A stretch of DNA of 64,000 nt from the human T2T-CHM13v2.0 reference genome, Homo sapiens: NCBI RefSeq assembly GCF_009914755.1, contig NC_060928.1; one strand, given 5' to 3'. The position numbers were made by a program, and so were the translations under genes. The notes beneath the pieces are model-generated. The model ran no database searches. It saw nothing but the letters and a program-made list of their open reading frames with translations, and was not told where the DNA came from. Of the stretch, positions 41,553 to 58,650 are shown piece by piece. How positions within the stretch are numbered: position 1 is the first letter of the stretch; the number at the start of each line of letters is the position of its first letter.

Positions 41553-42048
41553 TTAGTGGATTTTGAAATGCACACAGAATTTGTTCCAGGTTTATTAATG
41601 GGCTCATAGAAAATAAAGCAAGAAGAGACATAAAGTTATTACCCAGGTGTCCCCCATGCCCTCAGGCTGGTGAATAACAAAACCAATCAGTGAAGGCAGT
41701 TTGTTGAATTGCTCAGTTGATAATACTCTTGGATGGTAGCTAATTTTAGGGGATTTGGGGATAAGTACTAGGATTGAGAAGCTAATTGGACAAGTGGATC
41801 TCAGGAGAACTCATGGCTGACCCATTGATCTGGTTCATTCTTTGCCTCCCATCTCCATGAGATTTGAGGCAGCATGGCCCCCCTGCTCTTAGCTGTGGAT
41901 CTGTTAGGTAAGAGGAGATGACTACACCAACTCCTTGCTTAAAAGTCTTTCTGTCCCTTATCCTCAGGCCTTGAAAGTTTTAGGTTGTATGCAGAAATTA
42001 AAATCAATTAATATATTTAAATGCTATGTGCAAGACATTGTATGGGAT

Positions 42049-42050
<2 letters not shown>

Positions 42051-42095
<45 letters not shown>
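42051..42095. repeat. (TG)n microsatellite
   Basis: About 22 TG units. Confidence 0.95.
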
Positions 42096-42097
<2 letters not shown>

Positions 42098-42169
42098 AAG
42101 AGAGAGGAGAGAGGGAGAAAGAGAAGAGAGTGCTGTATTAGGTAAGGCAGAGTTCTTGCCTCCAAGGAG

Positions 42170-42740
42170 CAGAGGTTGCTAACTCAATTGCCTAGGAGGC
42201 TGGGTAGATTCAGTCAGTCACATGGCTTTGCATGTGTAAGAAAAACAACAGAGTAAGCCAGATAAATGACATCAGATTCTTACTTGTGTCACTGACAATA
42301 GGAGGTGGTGGGTGCTATGGCAAATGGGAGTTGCACACCCTATGTAAAGAGAGCAGCCCATACAAAGATCTAGCATAGTGGTGTTCAAAGTATGGGTCCC
42401 TGGACCTGCAGCATCAGAATCACCTGGAAACCTGTTAGAAATGGAAGATTTTCAGCCCCGTCTCAGCCCACTGATTCAGAAACTCTAAACATGGGAGCCT
42501 TGCAGTCTCTGCTTTAATACACTTTGGCGATTTGAGAACCACTGTTGTACCATGGTGTTGCCTTGTGGGAATTTAGATCCAGTGTTGCTAGATCTTTTGA
42601 TTTTTTTCAAGGGAAGCTATAAAGCTAAATCCTTATGGAATCTACTGATTTTTAAATATTAGAAGTTGTACAGGATATATGTAATTTTGGGGAGCATGAG
42701 AAGTGGGAAGAGGTACCCTGTACAGGCCAAACTGCAGGCT
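42170..42740. mobile_element. MER102-like hAT relic with nested MER5A (~42377-42545)
   Basis: GCAGCATCAGAATCACCTGG...TTTGAGAACCACTG inside CAGAGGTTGCTAACTC...CCAGTGTTGCTAGATC. Confidence 0.55.
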
Positions 42741-42840
42741 AAAGAAACCACATCTGTGAGCCTCGTGGCCTCCAGGCCTCCAGTATGAACTTAGAATAAT
42801 TAAATGTCTGCTTCATTGTTGGACTAGAGCAATGATTTTC

Positions 42841-42897
<57 letters not shown>
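42841..42897. repeat. (AG)n microsatellite
   Basis: Long AG run with one interruption. Confidence 0.95.
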
Positions 42898-42900
<3 letters not shown>

Positions 42901-44847
42901 GAGTGAGTAGACTTGAAAGGCAAAAGGGGGCTTGTAAAGGCTGCACAGAATCTGATCCTTCCAGAGCATCCCTCAGGTATGTTAATAAGGAAGGAAAGAA
43001 GCCCCTGCTATGGCTCTTGAGCACTGTGGATTATAAACTGTGTTCACATCTGTTCTTTCATCAGGTCCTCACAACATTGTGCAACAAGTGTGAAAGATGT
43101 AGTCTCCATTTACGGCTACTGAAATAGGCTGAGAGAGGGTAAGTGATTTGCCTAAGGTCACATAGCTTGTGAGGCTTAAATCTGAGACTAGATACCTAAT
43201 TCTATGCTTTCTAAACTAGAGTTTCTCTCTCATACATAGTTATGTATATTTATGTGTGTTTGTGTATCCAAACACCACTAATTCCTGAAAAGATCTGGTG
43301 TGGCTCACTGGTGACTGGTTTTTGTCCTGTTCCTTATGACTGAGCCTCAGCTGGTCCCCTCCCTGGGGTGGTGTGCTGCCTCAGGCCCCAGATTTTCTTC
43401 CTTTTTTCTTCTGTGAACTCCTTAGTACCAGTTGTCCCTCTTGGAACCTTTCTCCCACACCAGTTCTGCTCCTGGACTCTGACTACTCGGGGTCCCAGAT
43501 TTCCCTGTTCTGGCCTGTCTTGCCACCGACCGAACCTCACTGGGACACTGGTTCTAGATTTGTCCCCTGTATGGGTGATATGTGACCCAGGCATCTGCCA
43601 TCTGCAACTAGACTGAGTGTCCTGACTCATTTTCCATAGGCTGCTGAGCTGCCACCAGAGTAATGGCTTTCTGACATGTGGCAAGTTTGGATAATAAATG
43701 ATGTATATTATTATATTAGGAGAGCTAGAGTATAGGATTCTTTCAAGTATTTTACCTCATCTAGCTTAAAATGCAACAGGCATGTATCCAGATAGCACTA
43801 CCAGAAAAATTTTAGTAGTTTGAAATTTCTGGGGCCTGTTAAATATGATATTGATGAATTCTGCATTGTGCTGGGTATGGGGTGGGCATTGTGACAGTTT
43901 TAGATACAGTCTTTTGAAGGGGCTATTTCTTCCATGTTCGGAAACCAAGTGCTGGGGAGGGATGATGGGGGAGAGCTGGTGGTTGCTGAGTGTCCAGGTG
44001 TTTACAACAGGACCCTGCGTGTGCAGTGAATCAGAAACTGTTCAGTCTTCTCTTTCCTCGCCCTCACCCCAAACCATCCATGTAACTGTCTGTGTGTTGA
44101 GGGGGGTGGTGTTGGGGGTGGGAGAGAGATCTAGTGACTATGAAAGCACTAGGGTGCAGAAATGTCTTGGTACAGCGCTGCTGTGGATATTGATAGGAGG
44201 AAATAGAGAAGGTACCTTTTGCAAGGACCTCACGTAGCCCAGGGTTGGCTTCTATTAGTTAGTTTTTTTTTTTTTTTTTTTATCAGAGAATAACAGATCA
44301 CTAGTGGGAAGGGTGTGTTTCAGCCTTATCTTGGATGCTTCCTTACTTTATTTGACTTAATTCAGAAACTATGCAATAGTTTTGTGTGACTTTTGCCATT
44401 TCCTTTTCACGTAATGAGTTTTATTTAAAGTCCTCATAACCGTTTTTTTGTTTTGTTTTGTTTTCTATGGTAAGAGTAATCAAATGAGAATTGTAAACAG
44501 TTTTGGGGCCATTTTTACTCGACAAAACTGTTCTCCTGAGCCAGACCTCTTTCTTTCTCTGAAACACTTAGGGGCAGGAGAACCAGACTTTTATAGGAGA
44601 AATATGAATTCTTGTACATTGTCACAAACTGGTTAATAAATAATTTAAAAGCAGAAAGGGTCCTATTGAAATATTGGACTCCAACTTTGTCCAGTAGACA
44701 TACTGAGTACCAAGGATTTCTCAGCTTATTTGAACAAATGTAGGAAGATATTTAAAATTTCCCTCAGTGACCACATAGAATGTCATTTCTCTATCTGCTT
44801 CAACACAGAGCTGTTGGGTAGAAAGTGAAGGCTGAAGGTCACCTGGA

Positions 44848-45165
44848 ATAATAACAGTAACAGCTTATTTATATTGTTTTGTACCAAAGCTGTTCATATA
44901 TGTTTGTGTGTGTTGTGTGTGTACAGGTATATCCATATATATGTATACACACATACACACTACACATGTATATATATATATGGATATACCTGTACACACA
45001 CAACACACACACACACAAATACACCTTTAATCCTCACAATAATGTATGGGTCAGGTACAATTATTATCACTATTTTACACATGTGGAAACTGAGGCACAA
45101 TGATGTTAAGCCACTCTTCTAAGCTCACACAGCTAGAAACTGATCATTTGCATCCAGGCAATCTA
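44848..45165 (-). repeat. MIR containing an inverted TG/TA/CA insertion
   Basis: TTTAATCCTCACAATAA...ATTTTACACATGTGGAAACTGAGGCACA MIR core. Confidence 0.75.
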
Positions 45166-45311
45166 TACCATATCAGTTCCCTTGACATATTCTTGCAGGA
45201 CTCACTGAGGATCAAAGTTCTCCAATCCTGGAACCTGTGCTAAAGCTACCCCACAGGCTGGTTCTGTTGTGTGAGACATTGATGCTATCACTCACCAATC
45301 TGCCTAGACCA

Positions 45312-45515
45312 CAGTAGCTGACATTTACTGAGCACTTACTATGTGCCAGGTAATGTGGAAAGTACTTTGTATACATCATCTTACCAAATCCTCCCAGCAG
45401 ACTTATGAAGTAGGGGCTGTTTTACATATGAGGAAACTGAGACCTGAAGAAGTTAAGTAACCTGCTCAAGATAAATGCTAGTAGGTATAGGCTCAAGATT
45501 TACCACTATGCTCTT
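45312..45515 (-). repeat. MIR
   Basis: CATTTACTGAGCACTTACTATGTGCCAGG...ATGAGGAAACTGAG. Confidence 0.8.
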
Positions 45516-46485
45516 CTGCTCTCTTGCTCAGGAGCTGGGCTCCTAACTTTGTGCTCCCAGTAAGGACTCTGCTAGTGCACATTTTCTCTGTGTCATGACT
45601 TTTGCTACCAGCCTCCTGAAGTCAAGGGTTAAGGGTGCTTTCGAGAGGAGAAAGCCTGGCTTAACAGGGAATCTGGAAGAGAGGTGACAGGAACTCTTCC
45701 CTTCAATGGGATCTGAGCAGTGCGTTATAGTGAGTTCCTGTGGGGGAAGGGCATTGATTGCTAAAATGGGAGCTCTTAAATATTCATTATGGTTGGTTAC
45801 ATTTTGGCCTTCACTCTTAACAATTACTATTTGATTCCACTTTATTTAATATATGACCTTTATTTTTCTTTTATTTATTCATTTGGCCACTGTTGATACC
45901 TTGAATATTTTAGCTGCCTACTATAGTCAAAGAGCTCTAGCAGAATTACTTGAAAATAGAATCAATTCATCTAAATTAGCCATCAATATTATGTTGTAAA
46001 AGGGATAATTATAGTAATGCCATTATATAAAATGAAAGTATAAATATATATAATAGATTCAACATGAGAATAATAGATGTTTAATTCTGGCATCTTCTCT
46101 AGATGTCTCTTATTTCAACACTCCTTAAGCTCCTACTCTCTGCTAGCCACCCTGGGAGGTGCTGGGATTATAAAGATAATAAGCCATGGACCTTGTCTTC
46201 AAGGGATATGCAGTCCCTGCTGGGAGACAATTGATAAAGAGCTATGAGAACACTAAGGGCGGATGCAACCCAGAGCAGAGGAGGTGGGGTGGAAATGCTG
46301 GCCAGGAAGGCTACTTGGAGGAGGTGATCCCAGAGCATTTAATATTTCACACTGGTGAGAGCAGGAAGGCTTGGTAGCTCAGCACACGGGGTCTGGAGTC
46401 AGGGGTGTTCAAATCCTGGCTCTCTTGCTTGCAGTTAAGTTTGTTTACTGTGGTGTTGCAGTTTCTCAGCTCCATTATACTCTTC

Positions 46486-46811
<326 letters not shown>

Positions 46812-48566
46812 TGATCTGTTGTTTTACTGAAACATGATGTGGCAGCACATGACTGTAGAAGGAAATACAACCACAGGAGAGGGTGTTTGGGCTAAGGTGT
46901 CATGATGTCATGGAAGAGTCTTACCCATTGATGTCCAGAGTCTCATGAAAAATTGAAGGATATATTCTAGATGAGTGTTTGGAGAAATCTGATGGACTCT
47001 TGGGAAAGTAAATTATAAAATTAAAACATATTTTTTTTTCAGTAAAGTGTAAAACTGGTCATCCTCCACCTGAAAGAGAATACTAAACTTTAAACCAAAA
47101 TATAAAAAGAAAGATTGCTAGTTGTTTTTTATCTAATCCTTTTTGGTGAAAATATTAGTTTGAAAATTGTTATCTAAGGTCCCTGCCATCATTTGGAAAG
47201 TCAAGTGAAAAAAGAAAGAAAAAGTCTTCTGAACATTAGTCTGAATTCCAAACCTCATCATAAACTCTGGGAGAAAGGTGAAAGTTCAGCTTTTCCTATT
47301 GGCCTGGACTGGAATATCTGCCTTTCTCTTGCAGTTATATCTCTATTAGCAAATTGTCTGGAAGCAAATATACTTTAGTCAGCTGTGGTCAAACATGAAA
47401 ATGCTCATGAGATATGCAAAGCAGGGTAGCCTGAGCTCAGCCATGATGGCTGAGAACAGCCTTAGTCTGTCTGTCTGTTTGGGTGCCTGACTGCCTGCAC
47501 TCAGCTACAGAGCAGTGGGGCTGCAAGTCCTCGTGGTTTCTCCTTGGGGCTTTTATCTTTTCCTTTTCCCTCACTTAGCCAGGATTCCCCCCACCATCAC
47601 AGGGCTGGTCTTAGCCCCTCCCTCTGATATCAGCCATTCCCACTCCACTTTCAGCAGCCTAGCATCCTGTTTGTGATCATTCTCCCAGTCCCACCATTAG
47701 GCAGTTGCTCTACCCCTTCCCTCTATCAAAGCATGAAAGGACCATGAGGCCCAGATGCAATGGTTCCAATGTACATTTCTATTTCCACCAGAGAGCCTTT
47801 CTGTCCTGGGGTGCCTGGGGCTAACCACAATGCGTTTCCTCAAGGCTCTGGCCCCAGCCTTAGGCAGTGAAAAAGACCAAAGCCTACCTGTACCAAGGAA
47901 ATTCCTGGGCTGTTGGCCTCTTCCACCCTGCTCTTACTTCCTAACCCTCTCAACCCTAACTTCTCCCTTCTCTTTACCTCAGAGGCTTCTGTGGCATATT
48001 TTAAGTTTTTCCAGAATGTCCAGTGCTATTTTAATAAGCATTGAACTCCATTTTCATAGTGTATGAAATGCTTTTTCCAAAATTGAGACATGAGTCTCAG
48101 TGCCTCTTATATTGTTTTCATGTCTGAAAATGAAGTTTATGACAGAGGAATGTGTTGATGGAATATAATATCTTCATGAATAGAAGCATTAGTAAACTGG
48201 CTCAGTTGTCATTAAGAAATACTTTCATTTGCTTTTTGACAAAATAGTCATGAGTGAATAGCAAGTAATACATTAAAAACTGCTGATTTCTTATTGCACT
48301 CATTCATATTAAAATAACAATACAGAAAATAAATATAGAAAAACTTCACTTACAATCCTATCGCTCCATATAATTACTGTTTTATTTTCCTGTGTTCCCT
48401 TTCAGGCCTAGGCCATGTATTAGGAGGCTGCTGAATGGGGCTCTGAATACAGCTAGCTCCGTGGTAAAGGAATTCTTGTGAAAAGTTGTGTTCCATTTGT
48501 GTATTGTACTTCAAACTAGCTCTGGGCACTACCCACATTTTAACTTGCTGTGTTAACCAGCTTTAG

Positions 48567-49027
<461 letters not shown>

Positions 49028-49731
49028 TAGTGAGTTTATGGATATTAATAGGCCTTCGTACATAAGAGCTGAATTCCCTCTTTATCTGGGATTCTTATGT
49101 TCTGTTGATATTATGGAAAGTTCTCAGCTCAAGACAGGCAATGAATTGGGCCTGAAGTCATACTCTATCCTCTAAACGGGGCAGCAATGCATATTTCCAA
49201 GCTCAAGAAAGAAATGACTCCCTCTGGCCTCTCCCCCTTTCTAATTTTCTTCCTGAAATTGTAGACGTCTTATCTTGGTATTTATAGCATATGCCTGATT
49301 ACAAAAGTAATCTGAAGTGTTGATGAAAAACACAATTTCCTGGGGCCTTTCCAGGCCTATTGAATCAGAATTCTGTGGAATGGCTTGGTTTAAACAGGCA
49401 CCTTGGGTGATTTTTACAATCCAGGCAGATTTGGAAACAGTTGTTTATTTGAAGGCAATCCATAGCTACCAGCTCACACATGTGCTTAGCACACTTTTGA
49501 GGAAAAGTAGCCAGTCGTTCCATCCTCGGGGGATCAATGGTTGTGTAGGCCTTTGTCCTTATTCCATCCTAAATACGGCATGGTCACGGCTATACAAAAT
49601 GTAGGACGGGGTGGCAGGCCAATGTGGGAAGATAATCTTCTCTGTCAAGGTCATTATACATAATACTGCCACAGCCTTCACTTTGTAATTGGGAATTATA
49701 TTCCTTATCTAAATTATAATTTGTACATGAT

Positions 49732-49762
<31 letters not shown>

Positions 49763-50947
49763 ATTTTTTATTATGCTTTTTTTCATGTGATCACTGGGTT
49801 TTAAATTCAGTTTACTGAAAAAATGCTCTCTCATCAATCACTGTGGTATTAATTTGAAAGATAAGCAGATTTTATGCAACTCTAGGTCATGGCCAAGATC
49901 TGGAGTGATATTCCCTGAAGTAGGCTAGTCCCATAGTTGTGAAATAATGGGGCTTGTTTTGGATGTATGCTTCCTTGCTGGATTCCCCACTCACCCAGAT
50001 TGATCCAGGCCCTCCTGCTGTCTGCCAGAAGCCCACCCTTTTTACTCACCTCCCTACCCTTCCCAGCAGGGCCCTATTCTCCCAAATCACCCTTCCTTCC
50101 CTCATAAGTTCATCTCTTGAGTCAAAAGATAAAATAAGAACAATAAAACATAACCCAACTCTCCTCCTCTAGATTTGATGATCTTAGCTGGTAGAAAGAA
50201 AGGGATGGATGAAACAAACTCATGCCGTAGCAGGAATGACTGATGGATCTTACTGCATTAGCAAATGGTCCCAAGGACATTTACATCTTAAGACATGATT
50301 GTTAAACTAAAGGAATAAGTCTCAAATACAGTGTATCAGACAGTTTAAAAGGAGAGTGAGGTGAAATGTGGGGCAGAGGGATCTTTAAATCACACAAGGG
50401 CCATAGTTCACTGCTCCCCGAGGCCAGCTGTTGCTCTTGGAAATGTGTTGATAATGGCATTTAGCCAAGAAGGCCAGGGAAACATTTGGGTCTGGTTAAA
50501 GGGCAAGCCCCGGTCTTTCGCTCTACCCTTCGTCTCTCTCATCTCCAACAGGGCACTGCATGGGTGTGCTCTCTGCACGGTGGGTTGTCATGGGAGCAAA
50601 AGGATCATCTGCCAGAGCAGGGGCCACCCCAGCAGAGGGAGCATCTGTCCTGGAGCAGTGCAGGAATGGTGCAAACCCAGAGTCAGGGCCCTTGACTTTT
50701 CATTATTGAAGGCTATTGACTTGTGGACTAAGTGGCTGTCAGGTATAGCCCTTTCACGTAGACAGAATCAAGAACCTTTGGCACAGGCTCTTATCACTGT
50801 GTGTAAAGGTAAAAAATTGATTAGGCTCAAGTGGAAGAAAACGTGATACTTTATTTTTTCTCAGTTGAAACTTTAGTCTCTGTGTCTTTCTGTGTCAAGA
50901 AAATAGTAAAATCCAAATCTAACCAGGCAGGCTTTTCCCCCGCTTGA

Positions 50948-51130
<183 letters not shown>

Positions 51131-52864
51131 TAAATGCTAAATGAAAATAAAGCAAGCACATTGAACCCTCATTCCTAAGTTAGAAACAAAGCTCAGATAT
51201 TCATCACAGTGTGTTTAGCCATGTTATGCTGTCGGTGTCCTCGGGTCCCTAGGTATCATGACTGCTTAATGATTTTCAGTGATGGGACAAAACTATAGAG
51301 ACAAGGCTGGACATAGCTCTCTTCAATTTTATTTTTCATCCCTCCCCCCACCTACTAAATATTTCCCATATTAAATAAAAATCTGAAGTGTTAGTAACAT
51401 AACTTGATGAGCCTGACTTCCCTCATCTGCAAGGTTTATCAGATGATATCAAAGAAGACTTTGGTCTCAAGATCAATGATTAAATATTCCAAGAGAAGAG
51501 ATCTATTTTCCTGAGTGCATTTGTATTTCATGTTGCTCTTTGAGTGACTTTCTTGAGTTAGGATATGTGTTTAAATTACTTATTCTTCAAATGAATTGGT
51601 GAAGAAGTAAGTATAGATATTTTATTACAAAATAGCTAAAAGTTTATCAGTAATAACTGATACTTCCTGGGTGCCAGGCTCTGTTGTGTGTTTTATATGT
51701 ACCATATCTAATCGGCACAACAATCTCCTGAGTGGTTGCCATTTTTGTTGCTGTTTTTAGTTCGGAACTGAAGCATAGGGAGTTTGGATGACTTCAGCAG
51801 GGTTCTACACTGGCTAGTGGTTTTACTGGGTTCTGGATCTGGGCAAAATTATTCCTCAGTCTTTAAGACTGAAGAGTCACAGAGGCTAAAGCTAAGGCTA
51901 ACAGCCACAGAGCCATAATACCTCTCCTGCATTAACAACAAAGAAACCTAGAAGAATACACTGCAAGCTGGTAAGACAGGTTTCCTCTAGGATTATGGGA
52001 AGGGTGCCAGGAAAACTTTGGCCTTATCATATCATTTGAATTTCTTTTTATAATTATAATGTATCCATGTATTACTTAATATAATGGATAAAACTTTAAC
52101 TTTTACAGTTAAAATTGCCGAAGTCCTAAATCAGATTAATAATTTCCATAAAATCATTACTACTTAAAAAAATTTGTCAATGAGACTCTTAAAGCTGGTA
52201 GGGAACTAAGAAATCATTCATCATAATCTTGTTTTTCAAATGAGGAAACTGAAGTTACATGATTTGCTTAAACTCACAGTACTAGTTAGTGATAGAACAG
52301 GTCTGCTACTGCCCAACTTTGTGTGCCTCTGCTGCACTTTTCAACGTGTACTTTGGAGCAAGACTTAACAGATCTTAAGTGAAAAGTCTGAGAGTTTCAG
52401 CAAAAGCTTGTATGCACATAACCAACTCCAGAGCCAAGATATAGATTATTTCCATTACTCCTGAATGTTCTCTTGTGCTAGGCATCTCTTTGAAAACTTT
52501 GCCTTGCCCGTTCATGTGCGCTGGTAAGAATTCAAGTGCTTATATTTCCTATATATTCACACATTTTACAGTTCCCAAAAGAGACACACCTTAGTGTGTC
52601 TGTGTACTTCCTTAAAGACAGAAACAGGGTTTTAACAAAGTTCCATGCTCTTCTTATCCTTTACAAACCAGTTCCTAATTACTGAAATTGCTAATTGCTG
52701 TTCCTTGTTTACAAACATTAACTCAAGTTGGTCTTTAGCCTGACATAATTATCATTACATATAAAATTATTTTTTAGTCATTTAATTCTGAAAGCTCCCC
52801 AGACACATTTATAATCAGAGTACATGTCTTTTTTTTTTTTTTTAACTGAGCAGTTTCTATATTA

Positions 52865-53215
<351 letters not shown>

Positions 53216-53387
53216 TTACTAAAACCAGTGCATCTGAACATGGGCAAATTTGATTTTCTGTGCTTTGTTTTAACTGGATGAAGCTTTCCAGCTGAGTTGG
53301 CAATGGTCTTCTGGCAATCATCAGTCAGCCCTGCCCCTGAGCATCTTCCTCTTTTCCTGTTTGGTTTGCTCCTTGGTCTTGGTGAAT

Positions 53388-53388
<1 letters not shown>

Positions 53389-53450
<62 letters not shown>

Positions 53451-53459
53451 GACAGAGAG
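53389..53459. repeat. Compound (TG)n(AG)n microsatellite
   Basis: Directly visible. Confidence 0.95.
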
Positions 53460-53960
53460 CTCGCTGCAGTCTGGCAATGGTACCAATGTGCTGATGATTA
53501 ATTTTTGAGAATAACTTCATATTCACAAACATGGAAAATGTCCTCTGGCATGAGTGGATCTCAATCCATATAATTTTAACATCTAAAACAGAGTACAGTC
53601 CTCGTTTTAGATCTTGTTCTGCAAAATTATTCCAAAATCCCTAGGAAATAGTCCCAAAAGATATAAAGTAATTTTTATGAATATATTCATAGCAGTGAAT
53701 TACAATTGTGAAAACTAGAAATAATGGAAATTGTTCAATAATGGAAGATGCTGAAAATGATAGAGAACTATATAGTTACTAAATGGGATTGATATGTGAC
53801 CAAGTGGATACATGGAAATATTTAAATTAAATAAGATAATATTAAGTGAAAAAGAATATTTTAAAATTTGAAGTACTATATAAATAGTAATTTACAGTCA
53901 TGGAAAAATATTTATACCTTAATAGAACTTGGTTACTTTCCTACCTGAAAGTAATTTTGA

Positions 53961-54260
53961 TTTTTTTTTTTTTTTTTTTGAGACGGAGTCTCGCTCTGTC
54001 GCCCAAGCCAGAGTGCAGTGGCGCGATCTCGGCTCACTGCAAGCTCCACCTCCTGAGTTCACACCATTCTCCTGCCTCAGCCTCCTGAGTAGCTGGGACT
54101 ACAGGTGCCTGCCACCACGCCTGGCTAATTTTTTGTATTTTTAGTAGAGATGGGGTTTCACCATGTTGGCCAGGATCGTCTCGAGCTCTTGACCTCGTGA
54201 TCTGCCCACCTCGGCCTCCCAAAGTGCTGGGATTACAGGTGTGAGCCACTGTGCCCGGCC
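53961..54260 (-). repeat. Alu (Y/Sc-like)
   Basis: CTGCAAGCTCC and CACCATTCTCC diagnostics; TSD AGTAATTTT. Confidence 0.92.
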
Positions 54261-54309
54261 AGTAATTTTTATTTTAATGCTTTCTAGGGTCTTTGTTTTT
54301 TTAAAAAAG

Positions 54310-55740
<1,431 letters not shown>

Positions 55741-56949
55741 TTTTAAAAGCCACGTTGCCCAAGACTTATTTACATGTACCCTAGGTAAACAGGAAAACCT
55801 GGGTGATTTTGCTGAGGTTGTCCCTGTGCCTGTAATACCCCCATTCAAGCTTATTTTGTACCACAATTTAAGGCTATCTCAAAGTGCTGTCTGTTTCCCT
55901 GTCCTTAACTAAATTTTATGTCTTCCTCTTCAACCTCTAGGAGCACTTTGTACTTTTCTTGGGGCACATATTAACTTCTACTTTGTGGTTGTAAGTATTT
56001 GTGTATTTCCTTTATCCTAGTCACCAGACTAGGATAGCATGATGCCTTGAGGGCACGGACTGTGTCTTAATCATTTTTGCATACTCTGCAGAGCCCAGAA
56101 GAGGCTTTCAGTGGGAGGCACATGATCAGTGTTCATGAAATGCATATTTATACTCCTAGTACTTACCACTTCTGATGTGCTAGTTGAATACCCAATTGTG
56201 TATTTCAAGAACTCCTCAATTTCATCTGCTTAATATCTCTGCATCTCCTATTTAACAACATGTTGCTATTTTGCCCTTCAAGTAGAAATGGAAATCCTTC
56301 AGTGTCTGTCATTTCTGTATTCTTAGCTCAGGTGTTAAGAAAAGTGTTGTCGAGTGAAGAAGTTACTTCCTTACCATGAGGATTTGTATTTGTGTTTCTG
56401 TCTGAGTTTCTTACAAGGGCACTGGGCCAGATTCTTATTGCTTGACAAGAAGGTATGATGAGTCTGCTCCTCCTCTGGGGCATTCTTCTAACACTAATTA
56501 AGGATAACTTTGTATGTGTATTGATAGGAGAGTGTATCCTTACCCAAAGATTCCCCTGTGTACAGGCTTTAGAATCTGAAGGTATAACCTGCCAAAATCA
56601 CAGGAGTTAGGAGCCAAGGTTATTAATTTGCTTAGATAGTATTAATTTGTTCTGCCAAGACATGTAAGAACAAGCATTAATTTAGTTTGTAAGTTTAATG
56701 AACGATTGGAAGAACCAAAATTCTAAGTAGGTCAATCAAATCTAATGGTACAACTAACTTGCAATGTTGGAAAAACATGTCCAGACAGATGACACTGGGA
56801 TGCTTGTTACTTTATATAGGAAATGTACAAAACACATAAAACCTTTTTCTAAAATGTAATTTTTTATAAGCTTTTGAAATTGATGAAGCCATGTCATTCT
56901 TCACAGTGGGGCTTTCCTTTAGAATAGGAACTGATCTATTATTATTTTT

Positions 56950-58440
56950 TAAATACATTTTTAAATTTTAGAATAGTTTTAGATTTCTAGAAAAGCTTCA
57001 AAGGCAGTTCAGAGAACTTCCATATACCCTCACTGCTTGCCCCTATTGTTGTCATTCCACATTACTATGTACATTTGTGGCAAGTTAGAAACCAACATCG
57101 GTACATTATTATTAATAACTAAAATTAATGCTTCATTCCAATTTCACCAGTTTTTCTTTAGCATCCTTTTTTATTGTTGTTGTTCTAGGATCCCATGCAG
57201 GACATCACATTATATTTAGTCATCATGTGCAATGCTTAGAATGTTTTCCCCCTCCAAAACTCATGTTGAAATTTAATTGCCATTGTGATGGTATTGGGAG
57301 GTGAGACTTTTAAGAGGTGGTTAGGTCATGAGGGCTCTGCCCTTATGAGTGAACCAATGATGTTATCGCAGGAATGGGCTTGCCCCCTCTTTCTCTCTCT
57401 TGCCCTCTCTTTGTCCTTCTGCCATGTGACCCCTTCCACCATGTTATGATATGGCAAGAAGGCCCTCACCAGATGCTAGCACCTTGACATTTTACTTCCC
57501 AGCCTTTGGAATTGTAAGCCAACAAATTTTTGTTCATTATAAATTACCTAGCCTAGGGTATTCTCTAGCCTAGGATATTCTGTTATGGCAGCACAAATGG
57601 ACTAAGACATCATGTCTCTGTAGCCTCTTCTGGTCTATGACAGTTTCTCAAACTTTTCTTGTCTTTGATGACTTTGTCAGTTTTAAGAAGTACTGATCAT
57701 ATTTTCTGTAGAATGTTCCTCACTTCGGGCTTCTTCAGTATGTTTCTCATGGTTAGATGGAAGTCACGGATTTTTGAGAGGAGGGTGCACTACACGTCTG
57801 TGGTCCAATTACACACACACACCACATCACATTAAGGTTACATACTATCACGTCATATTAAGGTTACATACTATCCACATGATACATCATATTGATGTTA
57901 GCTTTGATCACCTGGGAAAGACAATCAGGTTTCTATACTATAAAGTTACTTTTTCCTCACTTTCCATACTCTGCTTTTTGGGAGCAAGTCGCTATGCCCA
58001 CCAGAATACCCTAAAGGGGGTAAGTGGGTGGGAAGTCAAGTTCTGCCTCTTGGAAAGGAGAGTATCTACGTAAATTATTGGAATTGTTCTGTAAGGGAGA
58101 TTTGTCCTTTCTCCTATTTATTTATTCAACCATTTATTTACATCAGAATGGACTTTTGGATCTTTATTATGCTTTGGGATATAACTCAATATTATGTTTT
58201 TTATTTTGTTGCTCAAATTGTTCCAGCTTTGGCCATTGAAGCCTCTTTCAGTTGGCCCTTGTGTCTCTTTGGTGTGCCCCATTGTTTTATTTTTTGAGTA
58301 CTTCCTTGCTTTCTAACACTATAATACAACATGCTCCAGGCTTATCTTATGTATTTTCTGCCCCAGCGCTAGAATCAGCTATTTCTCCAAGGATCCTTTG
58401 TTCATTTTATAGAACAATGGTGTTAGAAACCAAGATCTGG
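56950..58440 (-). mobile_element. L1MC/MD-type 3' region interrupted by an MST LTR
   Basis: TTTTAGAATAGTTTTAGATTT...TTGCTCAAATTGTTCCAGCTTTGGCCATTG...TTAGAAACCAAGATCTGG. Confidence 0.7.
57228..57609 (+). mobile_element. MST (MaLR) solo LTR
   Basis: TG...CA termini, CCAAAACTCATGTTGAAA and GGACTAAGACA motifs, 5-bp TSD TCATG. Confidence 0.88.
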
Positions 58441-58557
58441 TTCAAATTTTGACAATATGATAATAAATTTTGGAAATGAAAATGAGAGATATGGAGAGTT
58501 AGAAAGCATTGGCTTTGCTGACTGCTACTGACTTTGAACCACAACTCTGCCATGAAT

Positions 58558-58650
58558 AGGAGAGCCAACCATCCCAGTTTGCCTGGGACTGAGAGGTTTC
58601 CAGGGATGTGATATTTTCAGTCATAAAACAAGGATGAATTGGCCGCCCTT
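58558..58650. mobile_element. MER94/MER81-like hAT MITE
   Basis: AGGAGAGCCAACCATCCCAGTTTGCCTGGGACTG...TTGGCCGCCCT inverted termini. Confidence 0.55.
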
